A stretch of 64,000 bases of DNA from Eledone cirrhosa. Lineage: Eukaryota. Each line of letters opens with the position of its first letter. The first letter of the stretch is position 1. The notes beneath the pieces are model-generated. The model made no database searches and was not told where the DNA came from. It saw only the letters and a list, made by a program, of their open reading frames with translations. The DNA lies in NCBI GenBank assembly GCA_964016885.1, contig OZ024740.1, positions 426,932,001 through 426,996,000 on the forward strand, read 5' to 3'. Shown piece after piece: positions 29,109 to 42,972 of this stretch. The translations under genes were made by a program, and so were the position numbers.

Positions 29109-29429
29109 ACATATGATAATATAGTCTTTGATATAGAAATCGGGATTGCTTCAGCAACAACTTACTCATGGCTACAACTATCTCCACAATACATTACACC
29201 GTTGTGTGAGTCTCTCTGTTGAACATCTTGTTACAAAGACCATTGAAAGCTCGCTAAAAGAACACATAGGAAATATGTAGGTGTAGATGCATTAAATTTG
29301 TAAATAATAGAATACAGGACGGTCACATCTGGAAAGTTTTTTGTAATTTCTATGCTGAATAAGTCTCAGTTGGAGGTAAACAAGAATGACAACCACCTTC
29401 ACATATCAGATGTCATTTGCTACATTAAA

Positions 29430-29650
29430 GGCGGTAGATTGGCAGAATCGGTAGGGCGTCGGACATCATGCTTTCCGATATAGAGTTACGTCCCTTTATG
29501 TTCTGAGTTCAAATCCCACCGAGGTTAGCTTTGCCCTTCATCCTTACAGGGTCACATAAAATAAAGTACAAATAATACACTAGAATATATTTAATCGACT
29601 TTCCCCGTCCCTCAAATTGCTGGCCATTTGCCTAAACCAGAAGCCATTAT
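29430..29650 (+). mobile_element. tRNA-derived SINE (family A)
   Basis: GGCGGTAGATTGGCAGAATCGGTAG...GAGTTCAAATCCCACCGAGGTTAGCTTTGCCCTTCATCC. Confidence 0.85.
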
Positions 29651-31289
29651 TTGCTATAGTAACGAAAACATTTTTTATCTTAACAAAAAATATTTACAAT
29701 ATTCCACTAGTATTTCTTGTTATAAAGAAAACCACGATATATTCAGATTTGTTGATATATTTTACACATGATAAGGCAGAAGTATTTATAAGATTTTTAG
29801 GCTGCAATGATACAATTGATAGAAAAGACATACGTAGCATCGGCAATAATCTAATTTATTAGCACCTGTTTGTATTTAATATGTGATTATCTAACATGGC
29901 GTCAACTTGATAACAATCACTTCTTTTATCTTCCATTGAAAGATGGATGGGCAACATTAAAAGAATGAATTCACAGACACACACACTAACACAAAAATGA
30001 GTTTACATAGAATAATTATGAAGAAGCAGATAAAGATAACAACGAGAAAGCTACCTAGAGCTAATGAAGGAACTCTTCAAGTTTGGAATTACCTTGAATA
30101 CCAAAGGCGAGTGATATCACCCATTCCTATTCTCCGACATACAGGTGAAAGCTGAGAATGGCCCCATTTGGAGGAGCAATTTTTATGCCTCTTGCTTATC
30201 TTTTAGCAAATTTTCTGGAATGCAGCACCTCCTTATCAATCTACATTACCACCATCTACACGTGGGAGTGGAAGCAGTCGATGTGGGCTTTTCCGAATAG
30301 AAACGTATTTGTATTTAGTCTTTTCAAACTTGTATATTATAGATTTTCTCGATTTTTACAGGTCGCATTTCTCTTCCTGATCAAATAAAGATGGAAAGGG
30401 TGTGTTCCATAATATGTCTGGTAATACCAGCCATCTTAGACGTTCGAAATAACCTTAAAGTTTGTAATTTAACGAATTAGTGCAGAACATTTCGTTTCAT
30501 TCTGAATTTATTGAAATATACTAGTTGTCGATACTTTCAACAGAGCTTATCCGCAGTCGGCAATGCACACCAGTAGCATTGCAATATTCGTGATATTGTC
30601 CAGGGGTGGCTGAAAACTCTCTGGAATAAATTGCTCAGTTGATTTGCGTCCATACTTAGAATTTCTCCGAGAACCTCGTGACATTTGCGTACCACATGAT
30701 TTCTATACAATGCACGGGTTGACATGGCATTGCTGGTAGAGAATTGTGAGAGCCGGATAATGTTTTAGAACCCAGGCGCCCAATCACATTCTTCACTTAA
30801 TTCGAAAGAACAGCACCGCCAAAATAACGAGTACAGAAAAACAGGTCTCCTAAATTTAAAAAAAAAGCGCTTCTTTCAACATATATCTGTCAACATCTAT
30901 ATGTAGTAATAAATCTTCGCCAAATTATGAATACATTATTTCAATTGGGAGGTATTAACAATCTCCTCTATACAATTGCTTTCTCGTATATTTTGCAGAC
31001 ATATCGTTGACGTTGTCAAATGATATAGTAATCACTCATCCAACTTCAAATGGCCTACTTGCTCGTATCAGTGTCATCAAGAACAAACGAAAAACAATCC
31101 ATAATATTGTATTGATATAAAATATGTTTTCACTTGATATTTTCTACTGAAAAATATTATATCCAGCTGTTCTATCGATATATGCCAAGTGATATCATTC
31201 TATTAGACAGTTTGAATTTGAAGAGCTCAAATCCAGTTGGCTAAGGTCAGCGTTCTCACTGAGCTAGTTATCCATGCATTATATTCCTA

Positions 31290-33178
31290 TATATTTTTAG
31301 GGCCTTAGATAAATGCTTCCCTCCTTCACATATTTATAGTAAGATCTTTAATAAGCATACAATTAAATTCTCTTATTCCACCACTTCTAACATCTCTAAC
31401 ATTATCTCAAAACATAATAATAAAATATTAAGTAATAAATTATATCCATCCAAGACTGAGCGTCATAATAATAGCAATAGTAAGCCCGACGTCAATGTTA
31501 ACTCTAGGCTAGATTACGTAAATTTAAATACGACGTCAAACGTAACTCTGTCGAATGTTCACAATACCAGTCTAAATCATGAAACTTTAGCACCTATCGT
31601 AAGTAACTTCTCCAAATCAATTCCTTCTATAAATAATACTGGGTCACTTGCTAATAACTCTGGTAATTTCTCTAATCGTAATGGCAATTGCCCTATTAGA
31701 ACTAAATGTCCTCTTAGTAACCAATGTCTTGATAAAAATTTAGTGTATGAATGTAAGGGTATAACTGGTACCAATTCTTTTACCTATTTTGGTTCCACTT
31801 CCACTTCCTTTAAAGCAAGATTTTATAATCACAATTCCTCTTTTAAATACCAACTTAAAAGAACTAACACGGAACTCTCAGAACTCACATGGTCCTTAAA
31901 GGACAAAAATATTAACTACAACATTTCTTGGAGGAAGGTTTGCAACGCCTCTCCTTACCTTATTTTCTTCCCTATTCAGAACATGTAATCTCTGCCTAGC
32001 CGAAAAATTTACCATTATCTCTAATTTTAATTCTATAATAAATAGACGTACGGATTTATTTTCGCTCTGCTTGCATAAATCCCATAGAACTTTCCATAAA
32101 GTATACAGCTAATATCTTACTACCTAATTAGTTTAAAATCTTCTTTTCTCAAACGCTTTTATATTTTTTACAAATATACCCAACTTTCTACCTTATTTCA
32201 GTATATTATACAATATTACCCATTCTATGTCATTAGCGGTCCCCTAATTTCTTTCTTTCTTAATGTCTAATCTTTAATCTGCAACTTTTACTTCTCAATT
32301 ACTTCTTAATTCAACTTATAACTCACTATAGCATTTTTCTTATATTCTCGGCCATACAAATCTTTATTTTTAATATATACTAATATTACCATTAGAGAAA
32401 GTTTGTAAACATATTTTTTTGACGTTATATATTTTTTCTTCCTTGAATGTTTTCTTTCTTCTCTCCTTCCGTGCTCGTATTAAATCTATTATTTACTTTT
32501 TCCTATTACAATATATAGAAACAAACTTGGACCCTAATTAATTCTTCTAAGTTCATAATTCATTTAACCTTATCTTCATTCACCTTATCTCCTTAATATA
32601 TTTTATTTTAATAATACATTTTAATAAATTCCTTTTCGCACATCTTATTAAACCCTTCAATATATAAACCTTAAATAAATAGTATTCTTAATTCCTTTTT
32701 CTTTAATCATAAGCATCACCATTCATAAACCTCATTAACTTTTAATTTCTTAATTTTTTAAATTATGTATTATCTTACATCGGTTTTTAAATTTTTCTCT
32801 GTGAGACAGAGTTTCTCAGTATTAAAGGTTATCTCTCTCTCTCTCATTCATTTCTCCTCCTCTCTCATCCTTCCTTTTTATACTCCTCCTCCGTCCTCCT
32901 TTCCTTATTATTATATTTTTTCTTCTATCTATATTCATTCTTCCTCTTCCTTACCTTTTCTTTCCCCCTTCCTTTCCTTTTTTCCAATCTCATATATCCC
33001 TCTTATCTTATTTCTCATATGTTGATTTGACACTTCACTGCTCGCAAGTGGTTTTTAAGCTTCATATCATGTCTCCCTATTTTATCTGATGAGAACGCAA
33101 ATATCATCCCATGATGATATTTGTTTTTGAAATGCGCATAATAAAATACATGGAACTCTTTTAAGCATCTTTTGATTT

Positions 33179-33185
<7 letters not shown>
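31290..33185 (+). mobile_element. 5'-truncated Penelope-like element: RT thumb/linker, GIY-YIG endonuclease (frameshifted near 31960), and a 3' pLTR with a hammerhead
   Basis: Open frame from about 31302: LDKCFPPSHIYSKIFNKHTIKFSYSTTSNISNIISKHNNKIL...NCPIRTKCPLSNQCLDKNLVYECK...YFGSTSTSFKARFYNHNSSF...TELSELTWSLKDKNINYNISW, then CNLCLAEK...NRRTDLFSLCLH in a shifted frame; ends in (TA)n. Confidence 0.88.
33078..33148 (+). ncRNA. Type I hammerhead ribozyme in the PLE pLTR
   Basis: TATTTTAT-CTGATGA-[GAACGCAAATATCATC CCAT GATGATATTTGTTTTT]-GAAA-TGCGCA-TA^ATAAAATA: 8-bp stem I, long stem II, palindromic mini stem III. Confidence 0.85.
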
Positions 33186-33221
<36 letters not shown>

Positions 33222-33243
33222 CATATACATAGATATAGATATA

Positions 33244-33324
<81 letters not shown>

Positions 33325-33529
33325 GTACATATATTTATGAATATTTTATATAGTATATATATATATAGATAGATAGATAGATAGATAGATATAGATATAT
33401 ATAGAGTGCGAGGGGAGAGAGAAAGAGAAAGATAGAGGGGAATGAATCCATAACTACATACTGATACACTACATATACACTGAGATAGCAGTACTTATAT
33501 ATGTGGATATAGAAGTACAATCTATATAT

Positions 33530-33704
33530 ATAAATGCATACATATATAAATACATGCATACAAACAGGCATACATTCATACATAAATATATACATACATA
33601 CACAAATATATACATACATACATACAGAGAGAGGTAAGCCGGTTAATACATATGTACATAGATATACATACATACGCAAATACATACACACTTACGTACG
33701 TACA

Positions 33705-33738
<34 letters not shown>

Positions 33739-33980
33739 CATACATACATATATACATACATAGAGAGGAAGGTCGGTAAATACATCTGTACATAGATATA
33801 CATACATACGCAAATACATACATACACAAATACAAACATATACAAATACATACATACGTATATACATACGTACATACATACGTACATACGTACATACGTA
33901 CATACGTACATACATACGTACATACATACGTACATAGACAGGTAGGTCGGTAAATACATCTGTACATAGATATACATAAG
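33530..33980. repeat. (CATA/CGTA)n compound microsatellite with a thrice-repeated ~45-bp island (AGGTCGGTAAATACATCTGTACATAGATATAC)
   Basis: Direct. Confidence 0.85.
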
Positions 33981-34196
33981 ATCTCTGAATGACAGTTACG
34001 GTCTTCAGTCGGTCGGTGATTGGTTTATCGTCGACCTTCTGTCTCACTTAGTGTTCCTCTTCACCGACCAATCTGACAAGCAATGTCGGAAAACTTTTAT
34101 GGTAGCCAGCTGACAAGTATTTCTGATAGGAACGCAAGTACCTCTGACCGTTATCGACTCTCCACTTCATACTAACAACCGACACGTTCAAACAAT

Positions 34197-35495
34197 CCAC
34201 CGCCACCATCATAACTGCCACCGCCACCGCCATCACAACTTCCACCACCGCCATCACAACTTCTATATACCTACCATCATAACTTCCACCGCCACCATCA
34301 TAACTTCCACCACCACCATCACAACTTCCACCGCCACCATCATAACTTCCACCACCACCATCACAAATTCCACCACCACCATCACAACTTCCACCACCAC
34401 CATCACAACTTCCACCACCACCATCACAACTTCCACCACCACCATCATAACTTCCACCGCCACCATCACAACTTCCACCGCCACCATCATAACTTCCACC
34501 ACCACCATCACAACTTCCACCACCACCATCACAACTTCCACCGCCACCATCATAACTTCCACCACCACCATCACAACTTCCACCACCACCATCACAACTT
34601 CCACCACCACCATCACAACTTCCACCGCCACCATCACAACTTCCACCATCACAACTTCCACCACCACCATCACAACTTCCACCACCACCATCATAACTTC
34701 CACCGCCACCATCACAACTTCCACCGCCACCATCATAACTTCCACCACCACCATCACAACTTCCACCACCACCATCATAACTTCCACCACCACCATCACA
34801 ACTTCCACCGCCACCATCATAACTTCCACCGCCACCATCACAACTTCCACCACCACCATCACAACTTCCACCACCACCATCATAACTTCCACCACCACCA
34901 TCACAACTTCCACCACCACCATCATAACTTCCACCACCACCATCACAACTTCCACCGCCACCATCATAACTTCCACCGCCACCATCACAACTTCCACCAC
35001 CACCATCACAACTTCCACCACCACCATCATAACTTCCACCACCACCATCACAACTTCCACCGCCACCATCATAACTTCCACCACCACCACCACCACCACC
35101 ACCACCACCACCACCACCACCACCACCACCACCACCATCACAACTACCTCCACTACCACCACCACCACCACCACCACTACCACCACCATCACAACCACCA
35201 CCACCACCACAACCACCACCACCACCATCATCACAACCACCACCATCACAACCACCACCACCGCCACCATCGCAACCACCACCATCACAACCACCACCAC
35301 CACCACCATCACAACCACCACCATCACAACCACCACCACCGCCACCATCGCAACCACCACCATCACAACCACCACCACCACAACCACCACCAACACCATC
35401 GCAACAACCACCATCACAACCACCACCACCACAACCACCACCACCGCCATCACAACCCCCCCCCCATCCTCCACCACCACCATCATAACCACCTA
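34197..35495. repeat. 21-bp minisatellite (ACCRCCACCATCAYAACTTCC-like) grading into (ACC)n
   Basis: Direct; variants ACC/GCC and CACA/CATA. Confidence 0.95.
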
Positions 35496-35533
<38 letters not shown>

Positions 35534-35660
35534 ACATGTGTACTCGTCTCTACCACACTAATTCGGACTGTGAAGAGGTCACAGCCGAAGATGGCGGTCA
35601 CCGAAATATATATAGCAGTAATAACCGAAGCCAAATTTTAAACATTTGACTTATTTATTT

Positions 35661-35739
<79 letters not shown>

Positions 35740-36115
35740 GAAGAGAGAAGAAACATTTAGATATAATTAGTAATAAAATGTATCATACCTAAACTGTTCC
35801 TAGATTCCTCGACTACGTAGTTTCGTGGCATAAACAAAAACAATACATCATAAAGATATAGAGTCCTTGCGAGGTCTGCCGACTTATCAAGAGGATACCT
35901 CATTTTACTAGTCTCAAGAACGCGTCTACACGACATGAGAAAGAATCCCAAAAGGCGGAGGGGGAGATAGTCACGCGATATAACGGTCGAGAAACAGAGC
36001 TAAGCCTCTTATAACCCCGAAGAAAATACCACGGAGGCGGAGGGGGTATTTATATCGAAGCCGTAGAAGAGGTGGTGAAGGAGGGGAGAAGTATGAGTAA
36101 TGGCTGCTTTCCACT

Positions 36116-36228
36116 GCTTGAGCACTGCCGTCGGGGGTCATACTGTTTCCTATTTCCCACTCTTCTACCCTAAGTCTTGAGTACTCTGGTGCATTATGTC
36201 CATCTGGTTCCTTACTACAATTCCTTTG

Positions 36229-36300
<72 letters not shown>

Positions 36301-36331
36301 CGTTATTGGCAACATGACCCTCCCAAAGTAT

Positions 36332-36393
<62 letters not shown>

Positions 36394-36590
36394 CAAAGGA
36401 ATTGTAGTAAGGAACCAGATGGACATAATGCACCAGAGTACTCAAGACTTAGGGTAGAAGAGTGGGAAATAGGAAACAGTATGACCCCCGACGGCAGTGC
36501 TCAAGCCGTTTCGATGGCTATTTCTGGACTTATTTCCAGAAATAGCCGTCGAAACGGCTTGAGCTCTGCCGTCGGGGTCATAATTGTTCC
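36116..36590. repeat. Inverted repeat (36116-36230 / 36392-36506) around a (TA)n spacer, overlapping a ~120-bp palindrome (36472-36590)
   Basis: Arms read as exact reverse complements; the second hairpin is centred on TTTCTGGA-CTTATT-TCCAGAAA. Confidence 0.9.
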
Positions 36591-36907
36591 TATATATATA
36601 TATATATATATATATATGCATATATTTATACATATATATATACATATATACACACATCTACATATATGTATATTTATACAAACCCATTCTCACAAATACA
36701 TTTATATATGCATACCATTGTCAGTTTATTTGTGGTGTGGAACAGGTGATCCGGAGATGCTTTCATTTTTGGCTTCCATTTTGCTTGGTTCGCAAGTAAA
36801 ATTTATACGCCAAAACTTATCATCTTGAGGTTTCTCGTAATATTTATTCTTGTTTTTATTTCATTTTACAGATTAATGACTCATTCCTTCATTCTATATA
36901 GATGGAG

Positions 36908-37006
<99 letters not shown>

Positions 37007-37008
37007 TA

Positions 37009-37098
<90 letters not shown>

Positions 37099-37379
37099 TA
37101 TATATGTTTCGTTTCCCACGACCTCACAATATGTCTGGCGTAAACGATTATATTATTTTTCTTGTAAGTAATATTCTTATATTCCAATACTTTCGTTCCT
37201 TCCTTCTAATACCTCAGTAGGACTCTCATATATATTTTCTCCTTCCGTTTAATTCTTCCGACGGAATGTCACTCTCTGAGTCTATGGATTTCTCTATTAT
37301 TTCACCTTTCTTTACGTATCAGCTTGTATGAGAAATAAAGTTACTTAAATATGAAGAACGCCAAACATTTTGAGGTGTA

Positions 37380-37495
37380 GGGAACACTAGATTAATTAAC
37401 CTGAAGTAGTATATCGGAACTCATTTTATTGACCCTGAAAAGATGAAGAACATAGCGGACCCTGTCAGGATTTGAAGCCGTAACGTAGAGCTCCG
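37380..37495 (-). mobile_element. Diverged SINE family A fragment
   Basis: TTTTATTGACCCTGAAAAGATGAAG...GGATTTGAAGCCGTAACGTAG resembles the reverse complement of the family A body. Confidence 0.5.
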
Positions 37496-38044
37496 TAATT
37501 AAGTAGCATGAAAATATACTTCTGATGTTGATGTTCTGTCTTTTGTGTTAACCCACAAGCAATGCAACAGTAAATAAATGGTTTCAATGTGTGGATGGGA
37601 CTTCAGAGTTCCTCACTCTTCATGCTTTATGTTTAAAATATAAAGGGAGGAAAATTAAGAATATTCATCCGATAGAAAAACGGATCTTAACGCATGCACT
37701 GCATAGACAATGATGCGAATGGGATGTGTCCCATATATAGGAACAGATACTGGAATAGGAAAGAGGATTAGAAAACGACAAAAAAAGATCAACTCGTCGT
37801 ATGAGAGCAACAAACACGAGACTGTTATCTTCATCAATGCCTAGAGACGTACTTGCTTACATATTTAGAAGGTATTTTAAAATTAAATATTAATATAATA
37901 GAAAAACAGGTATTCCTATAAAAGCCCTGATTAACAGAACGTATCATTTTGAGAAAAAACCCTGCACTATATTCCTTAGGTTAAGCCCACAGATTAACCG
38001 TCTGGGAATCTATAATAATAAACTGAATTGAAATCCAACAGGTG

Positions 38045-38099
<55 letters not shown>

Positions 38100-38250
38100 C
38101 ATATATATTAAAGAGTTAAACAAGATTCAATGAGTATATCAAAGAATGAGTTTTACAGTAGATTAGAAGCACTCTACAGAAAATATTTTCCAGAGTTATT
38201 AATATTAAAATTCAAATATTGATAAAATAGATGTTCTTGTGATTAATTAA

Positions 38251-38316
38251 ATTTTATTATACATATTTCAGAGGTACTTGAATCAGATTCAACAGTACGT
38301 GCTCATCAGATAAAAT
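38251..38316 (-). ncRNA. Type I hammerhead ribozyme (minus-strand arm of the palindrome)
   Basis: Reverse complement: ATTTTAT-CTGATGA-GCACGTACTGTTGAATCTGATTCAAGTACCTCT-GAAA-TATGTATA^ATAAAAT. Confidence 0.7.
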
Positions 38317-38410
38317 AAAATGATACATGATATACCCTGAGATGCTAGATGGTTAAGATTTAATCTTAATTGATTAAATCTTAACCATCTAACATCTCAT
38401 GTATCATTTT

Positions 38411-38476
38411 ATTTTATCTGATGAGGACGTACTGTTGAACCTGATTCAAGTACTTCTGAAATATGTATAATAAAAT
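38411..38476 (+). ncRNA. Type I hammerhead ribozyme (plus-strand arm)
   Basis: ATTTTAT-CTGATGA-GGACGTACTGTTGAACCTGATTCAAGTACTTCT-GAAA-TATGTATA^ATAAAAT. Confidence 0.8.
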
Positions 38477-38526
38477 TTAATTAATCACAAGAACATCTAT
38501 TTTATCAATATTTGAATTTTAATATT

Positions 38527-38558
<32 letters not shown>

Positions 38559-38559
38559 G

Positions 38560-39065
<506 letters not shown>

Positions 39066-39617
39066 TTTTTTCATATATGAGTGCTTGAATTTCTTTTTAC
39101 TTGAAAAAAGGAGGCTCACGAAGGCTTTTTTTTGGTTGGTTATAAATGAAATTTGGCTGTCACATGAACATATATATAAATGAGATGAGCGGAACAAACA
39201 AGCATTAAGCAATCTATTAAATAAATTAAAATACGATTTAAATACTCACCTGTTCAAAATGCTGTAACCGACGGTTTCGTTTCACAAAAGATTGGAAATT
39301 CAGAGAATTTCCAATGGAAATATCAGCGCTTCAGACAGCTATTTCAATTCTATAGGGCATAAAGCCGCACAGTTTGTAAATATATCGCTTACAGTCCGAT
39401 GTATGAGGTCAGGCTGTTAAAGTGACCCACACATAAACAGGCCGTTAGTAAAAGCGGGAATATTATAGACTTAAGATTGTTTAATGCTTGCTTGTTCCGC
39501 CCATCTCATTTTATAGTTCTGGTATCTCAAATTAGTACCATTGAACAACAATTGTATTATAGACACCCTATATATTTCCGTAGACACTTAGTACCTGTGG
39601 AGATATTAATCTCATTT

Positions 39618-39692
<75 letters not shown>

Positions 39693-39872
39693 ATGTTGAA
39701 GTTTCCGTTGAAAAAGTGATAGGAATATACACACATTTACACACATCCCCTTATTATATTTCTTTATTTTTATTTTTTATACATTTCTTGTATTATTACT
39801 TTTATTTATTTTTTGCCCGTTAAACTCTTAGCCTTTCTTGAGGAGATTTTTCAAATATTTCACTATGTTTTA

Positions 39873-39950
39873 AATTGCCTTGTCTGACGAACGAATGCAG
39901 ACCTTTCTTGTAACCGTCTTATTCGGGAAACCTCTGGTAATCAGGTAATT
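39873..39950 (+). ncRNA. Type I hammerhead ribozyme (another family)
   Basis: AATTGCCTTGT-CTGACGA-A[CGAAT..AGAC...GTCT.ATTCG]G-GAAA-CC TCT GG-TA^ATCAGGTAATT. Confidence 0.75.
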
Positions 39951-39997
39951 ATATCGTATTGTTTATTATATATATATATATATTATAGATAATGATA

Positions 39998-40352
39998 TAT
40001 TAGAAAGTGAGGTTCTTTTTACAAAATGAAAGAAATTGAGGTGTCCTACACGAGTGAATGTATAAGGAAAAAAGATGAAATCGAAAATGCAACTGGAGTC
40101 TTTAAAAAAAAAAAAAATTAAGTGGTTCCTTTACCGGTTTCGCAGTTCTTGTGCTTTTCAAAAGTAGAATTGAGATGGAGGGCTTGTGGTTTTTCTCATA
40201 TCTGGTTGGTGTTCGATTGTTACTTCTGTTTTTATGGAAATAAGTGGCTCGAAATGCTAGGTTTTTAGAGAAGTAATTTGGTTGTTTGATGACTGTCATG
40301 TGAATAAGTATAATACATTTCGTGCCAGTTCGCGTTACAAAGTTCTTATTCA
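39998..40352 (-). mobile_element. pLTR-like repeat, copy 2
   Basis: Similar to 38704-39065. Confidence 0.6.
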
Positions 40353-40764
40353 TACCGAGTGTAATGCGGAATAACTGTAATGTATTGCAGCCAGAATTTT
40401 AATCGTTTTTCATCATTATTTCTGATGTTTCCTGACAGGTGTATCTAATTAAGTGATTACAATTAATTACATTAATTAACAGGAATATATTTCTACCATT
40501 GGAAAATAAGCTAATTATATAGCCAATAACAACAACTAGTTTTATATTTCATTTAAATAAATTAATATTTATTTTTTAAAAGTTATTTATTGCTACTGTT
40601 CAAGATGAATATGAAGATGATGATGACGTTTTCATGCTATTGTTTTGTTAATTTTCTTGATATTTCAATTGATTTTACATGTTGACAAATAGTAATGCCT
40701 GTTATTTATATTAGTTCGGGGAGTAAGGGATAAGGCCTCATCGATATTGATGACATTTTAAATT

Positions 40765-41281
40765 TAAATAGTAACCGAGTAAGACCAAACACCCTTGAAA
40801 TAGTAACCGAGTAAGGCCAAACACCATTGAAATAGTAACCGAGTCAGACCAAACACCCTTGAAATAGTAACCGAGTAAGGCCAAACACTATTGAAATAGT
40901 AACCGAGTAAGGCTAAATACCCTTGAAATAGTAACCGAGTCAGACCAAATACCATTGAAATAGTAACCGAGTAAGGCCAAACACTATTGAAATAGTAACC
41001 GAGTAAGGCTAAACACCCTTGAAATAGTAACCGAGTAAGACCAAACACCCTTGAAATAGTAACCGTGTAATGCCAAACACCATTGAAATAGTAACCGAGT
41101 AAGTCCAAACACCATTGAAATAGTAACCGAGTAAGACCAAACACTATTGAAATAGTAACCGAGTAAGGCCAAACACCATTGGAATAGTAACCGAGTAAGA
41201 CAAAACACCATTGAAATAGTAACCGAGTAAGGCCAAACACCATTGAAATAGTAACCGAGTAAGGCCAAACACCATTGAAAT
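40765..41281. repeat. 32-bp minisatellite, about 16 copies (GAAATAGTAACCGAGTAAGGCCAAACACCATT)
   Basis: Period measured 40797 to 40829. Confidence 0.97.
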
Positions 41282-41365
41282 TCACCAAACCATTTCTAAT
41301 TGAAACTATTGATATGTACATATGACATTGTCCCTTTTACCTGATCAGTATATTTTATTTACAAT

Positions 41366-41471
41366 AATAATAATTGTTTCTACTTTTGGCACAAGGCCAG
41401 CAATTATCCCATTGTATTACTGGTGCTTTATTTTATCGACCCCGTAAGGATGAAAGGCAAAGTTAACCTCG
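41366..41471 (-). mobile_element. SINE family A, 3' half
   Basis: AATTGTTTCTACTTTTGGCACAAGGCCAGC...TTTATCGACCCCGTAAGGATGAAAGGCAAAGTTAACCTCG. Confidence 0.85.
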
Positions 41472-42849
41472 AATAACGTCACTGAATCCATCAAATTTCA
41501 ACATTAGATTATAATAATTAAACGTTTTACCATACGCTTTTAGATGGAACCAAATAGATAGAAAATCTGCCATTGGCATCATCTTGTGTGCTTTTATTTC
41601 TATTACGTTTCTGGTTTCAGGAAAAACTCACTTCTTTTTTGCAGCAAATTATCAATCCTCTTTTCTACCTTGCACGCCCCATCCCCCCCAAACACAGGGA
41701 AACCACGAAAGACGCTTATCTTCTTCCACTTCTTACTGAGACATTAAAACAATATACCTGATATATAACAATTTATCTCAAATTAAAATGATGTACCTGT
41801 ACCCACTAAAAGGCCTGAAAAATATAACCCATTTTCACTAACCAAGATTATTTTCCCTTGTCAAATGTTACCTAAACAAATCATTACATCATAGTTTATT
41901 CTGCTTGTTACTGCTCAGTAACTCATAACCTACCATTCCATACACCATTACAATTTCCTTATACCTACTAATCATCCCAATACATCCTGGTAAGACAAAT
42001 ATAATTTCATATGACAGTAAAATCCTCTCTCCATCATCTATATTTTTATATTAGTAAAACAGTTGATGGTGTCTTATGAAATAAAACATTCTGGCTGAAT
42101 TACCTTCCCTCCACCACATAATCATCTTCATCCGAAATATCTTGAAAGTCTTCAGACGCTAACCAGTCAAATGCCAACCAAACTGTGAACCCTCCTCTCT
42201 ACCGATTTTGTTCAATCTTTAGGATTTGTAATCCCTTCTCTTCTTCTTTGTTCCTCCGTACATCGCCTCTAACTCTGTTTACTCTTATGCAGATTACAAA
42301 GTCCTTCTTCTAACTTTACTAAACCTCAAATGTGTGATATATTTATGGATAGCGGAACATACTTCTAAATATCTATTTCTTCAATTAATGAAGATCTTAA
42401 CTTTATGTTGTAGAGGCAGATAAACAAGGACGTTTAATGTTAGCTGTTCTTGTTTAGGCTTAGATCAACGCTCATCAAGCAAACCTCTCATAAAATCCCC
42501 CCCCAACCGCCACAATCCAGCATCTTTTATTCATACATCCCACAACTTATCTTTTATTTTAAACATAAGGAATTCAGAACCACATAACAGAATGCATTCT
42601 TGTTTTATTTCTAAAAAAATAAAAATGAACGGTTTTGCGTAACGAAATTTGGTGGTTGTTTCTAGCGGTTTGATCGAGTATCTAGAAGCTCACATGTTGC
42701 TTATCCCTATTTGGACCCTGATAAAGCTGGCCTATGGTCAATAGCATTCCAGTAGTAACTATCCCATCTTTTTATTGAGGCATAGTACATCCAGAACCAT
42801 ATTCTCATATGAACCACTCCATTTTATTAAATGAATACCGTAGATATCT

Positions 42850-42972
42850 TCAAGGGGAAGATGAGAAAGTAAGTTGACCTCGGGTGGATTTGATCTCAGA
42901 GAGCAAAGATCCAGAACGAATACTACAATGACCACTTAGCGGCGTTACGATGATTCTGCTCATTCGCTGCCT
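42850..42972 (-). mobile_element. Diverged SINE family A, 5' part
   Basis: AAGTTGACCTCGGGTGGATTTGATCTCAGA...GATTCTGCTCATTCGCTGCC. Confidence 0.55.

Larger units (their letters stand above)
38201..38526. repeat. 326-bp palindrome made of two inverted hammerhead-bearing pLTR-like arms
   Basis: Outer 130-bp arms differ by 3 substitutions; inner hairpin GAGATG.TAGATGGTTAAGATTTAATC/GATTAAATCTTAACCATCTA.CATCTC. Confidence 0.92.

Noticed and set aside
30000-30800. Possible decayed DNA-transposon coding sequence on the minus strand (HIDCFHSH-like motif)
   Set aside because: Too many stops and no recognisable catalytic motif, so no family can be supported.
34263-35492. 409-aa Val/Met/Glu ORF on the minus strand
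   Set aside because: Translation of the 21-bp and ACC repeat, with no unique coding sequence.
33172-37220. YI/HT/CV-repeat ORFs here and at 43-44, 48, 52.6 and 59.5-60.4 kb
   Set aside because: Dinucleotide and tetranucleotide microsatellite translations.
40764-41321. 185-aa repetitive ORF
   Set aside because: Product of the 32-bp minisatellite; the period is not a multiple of 3.
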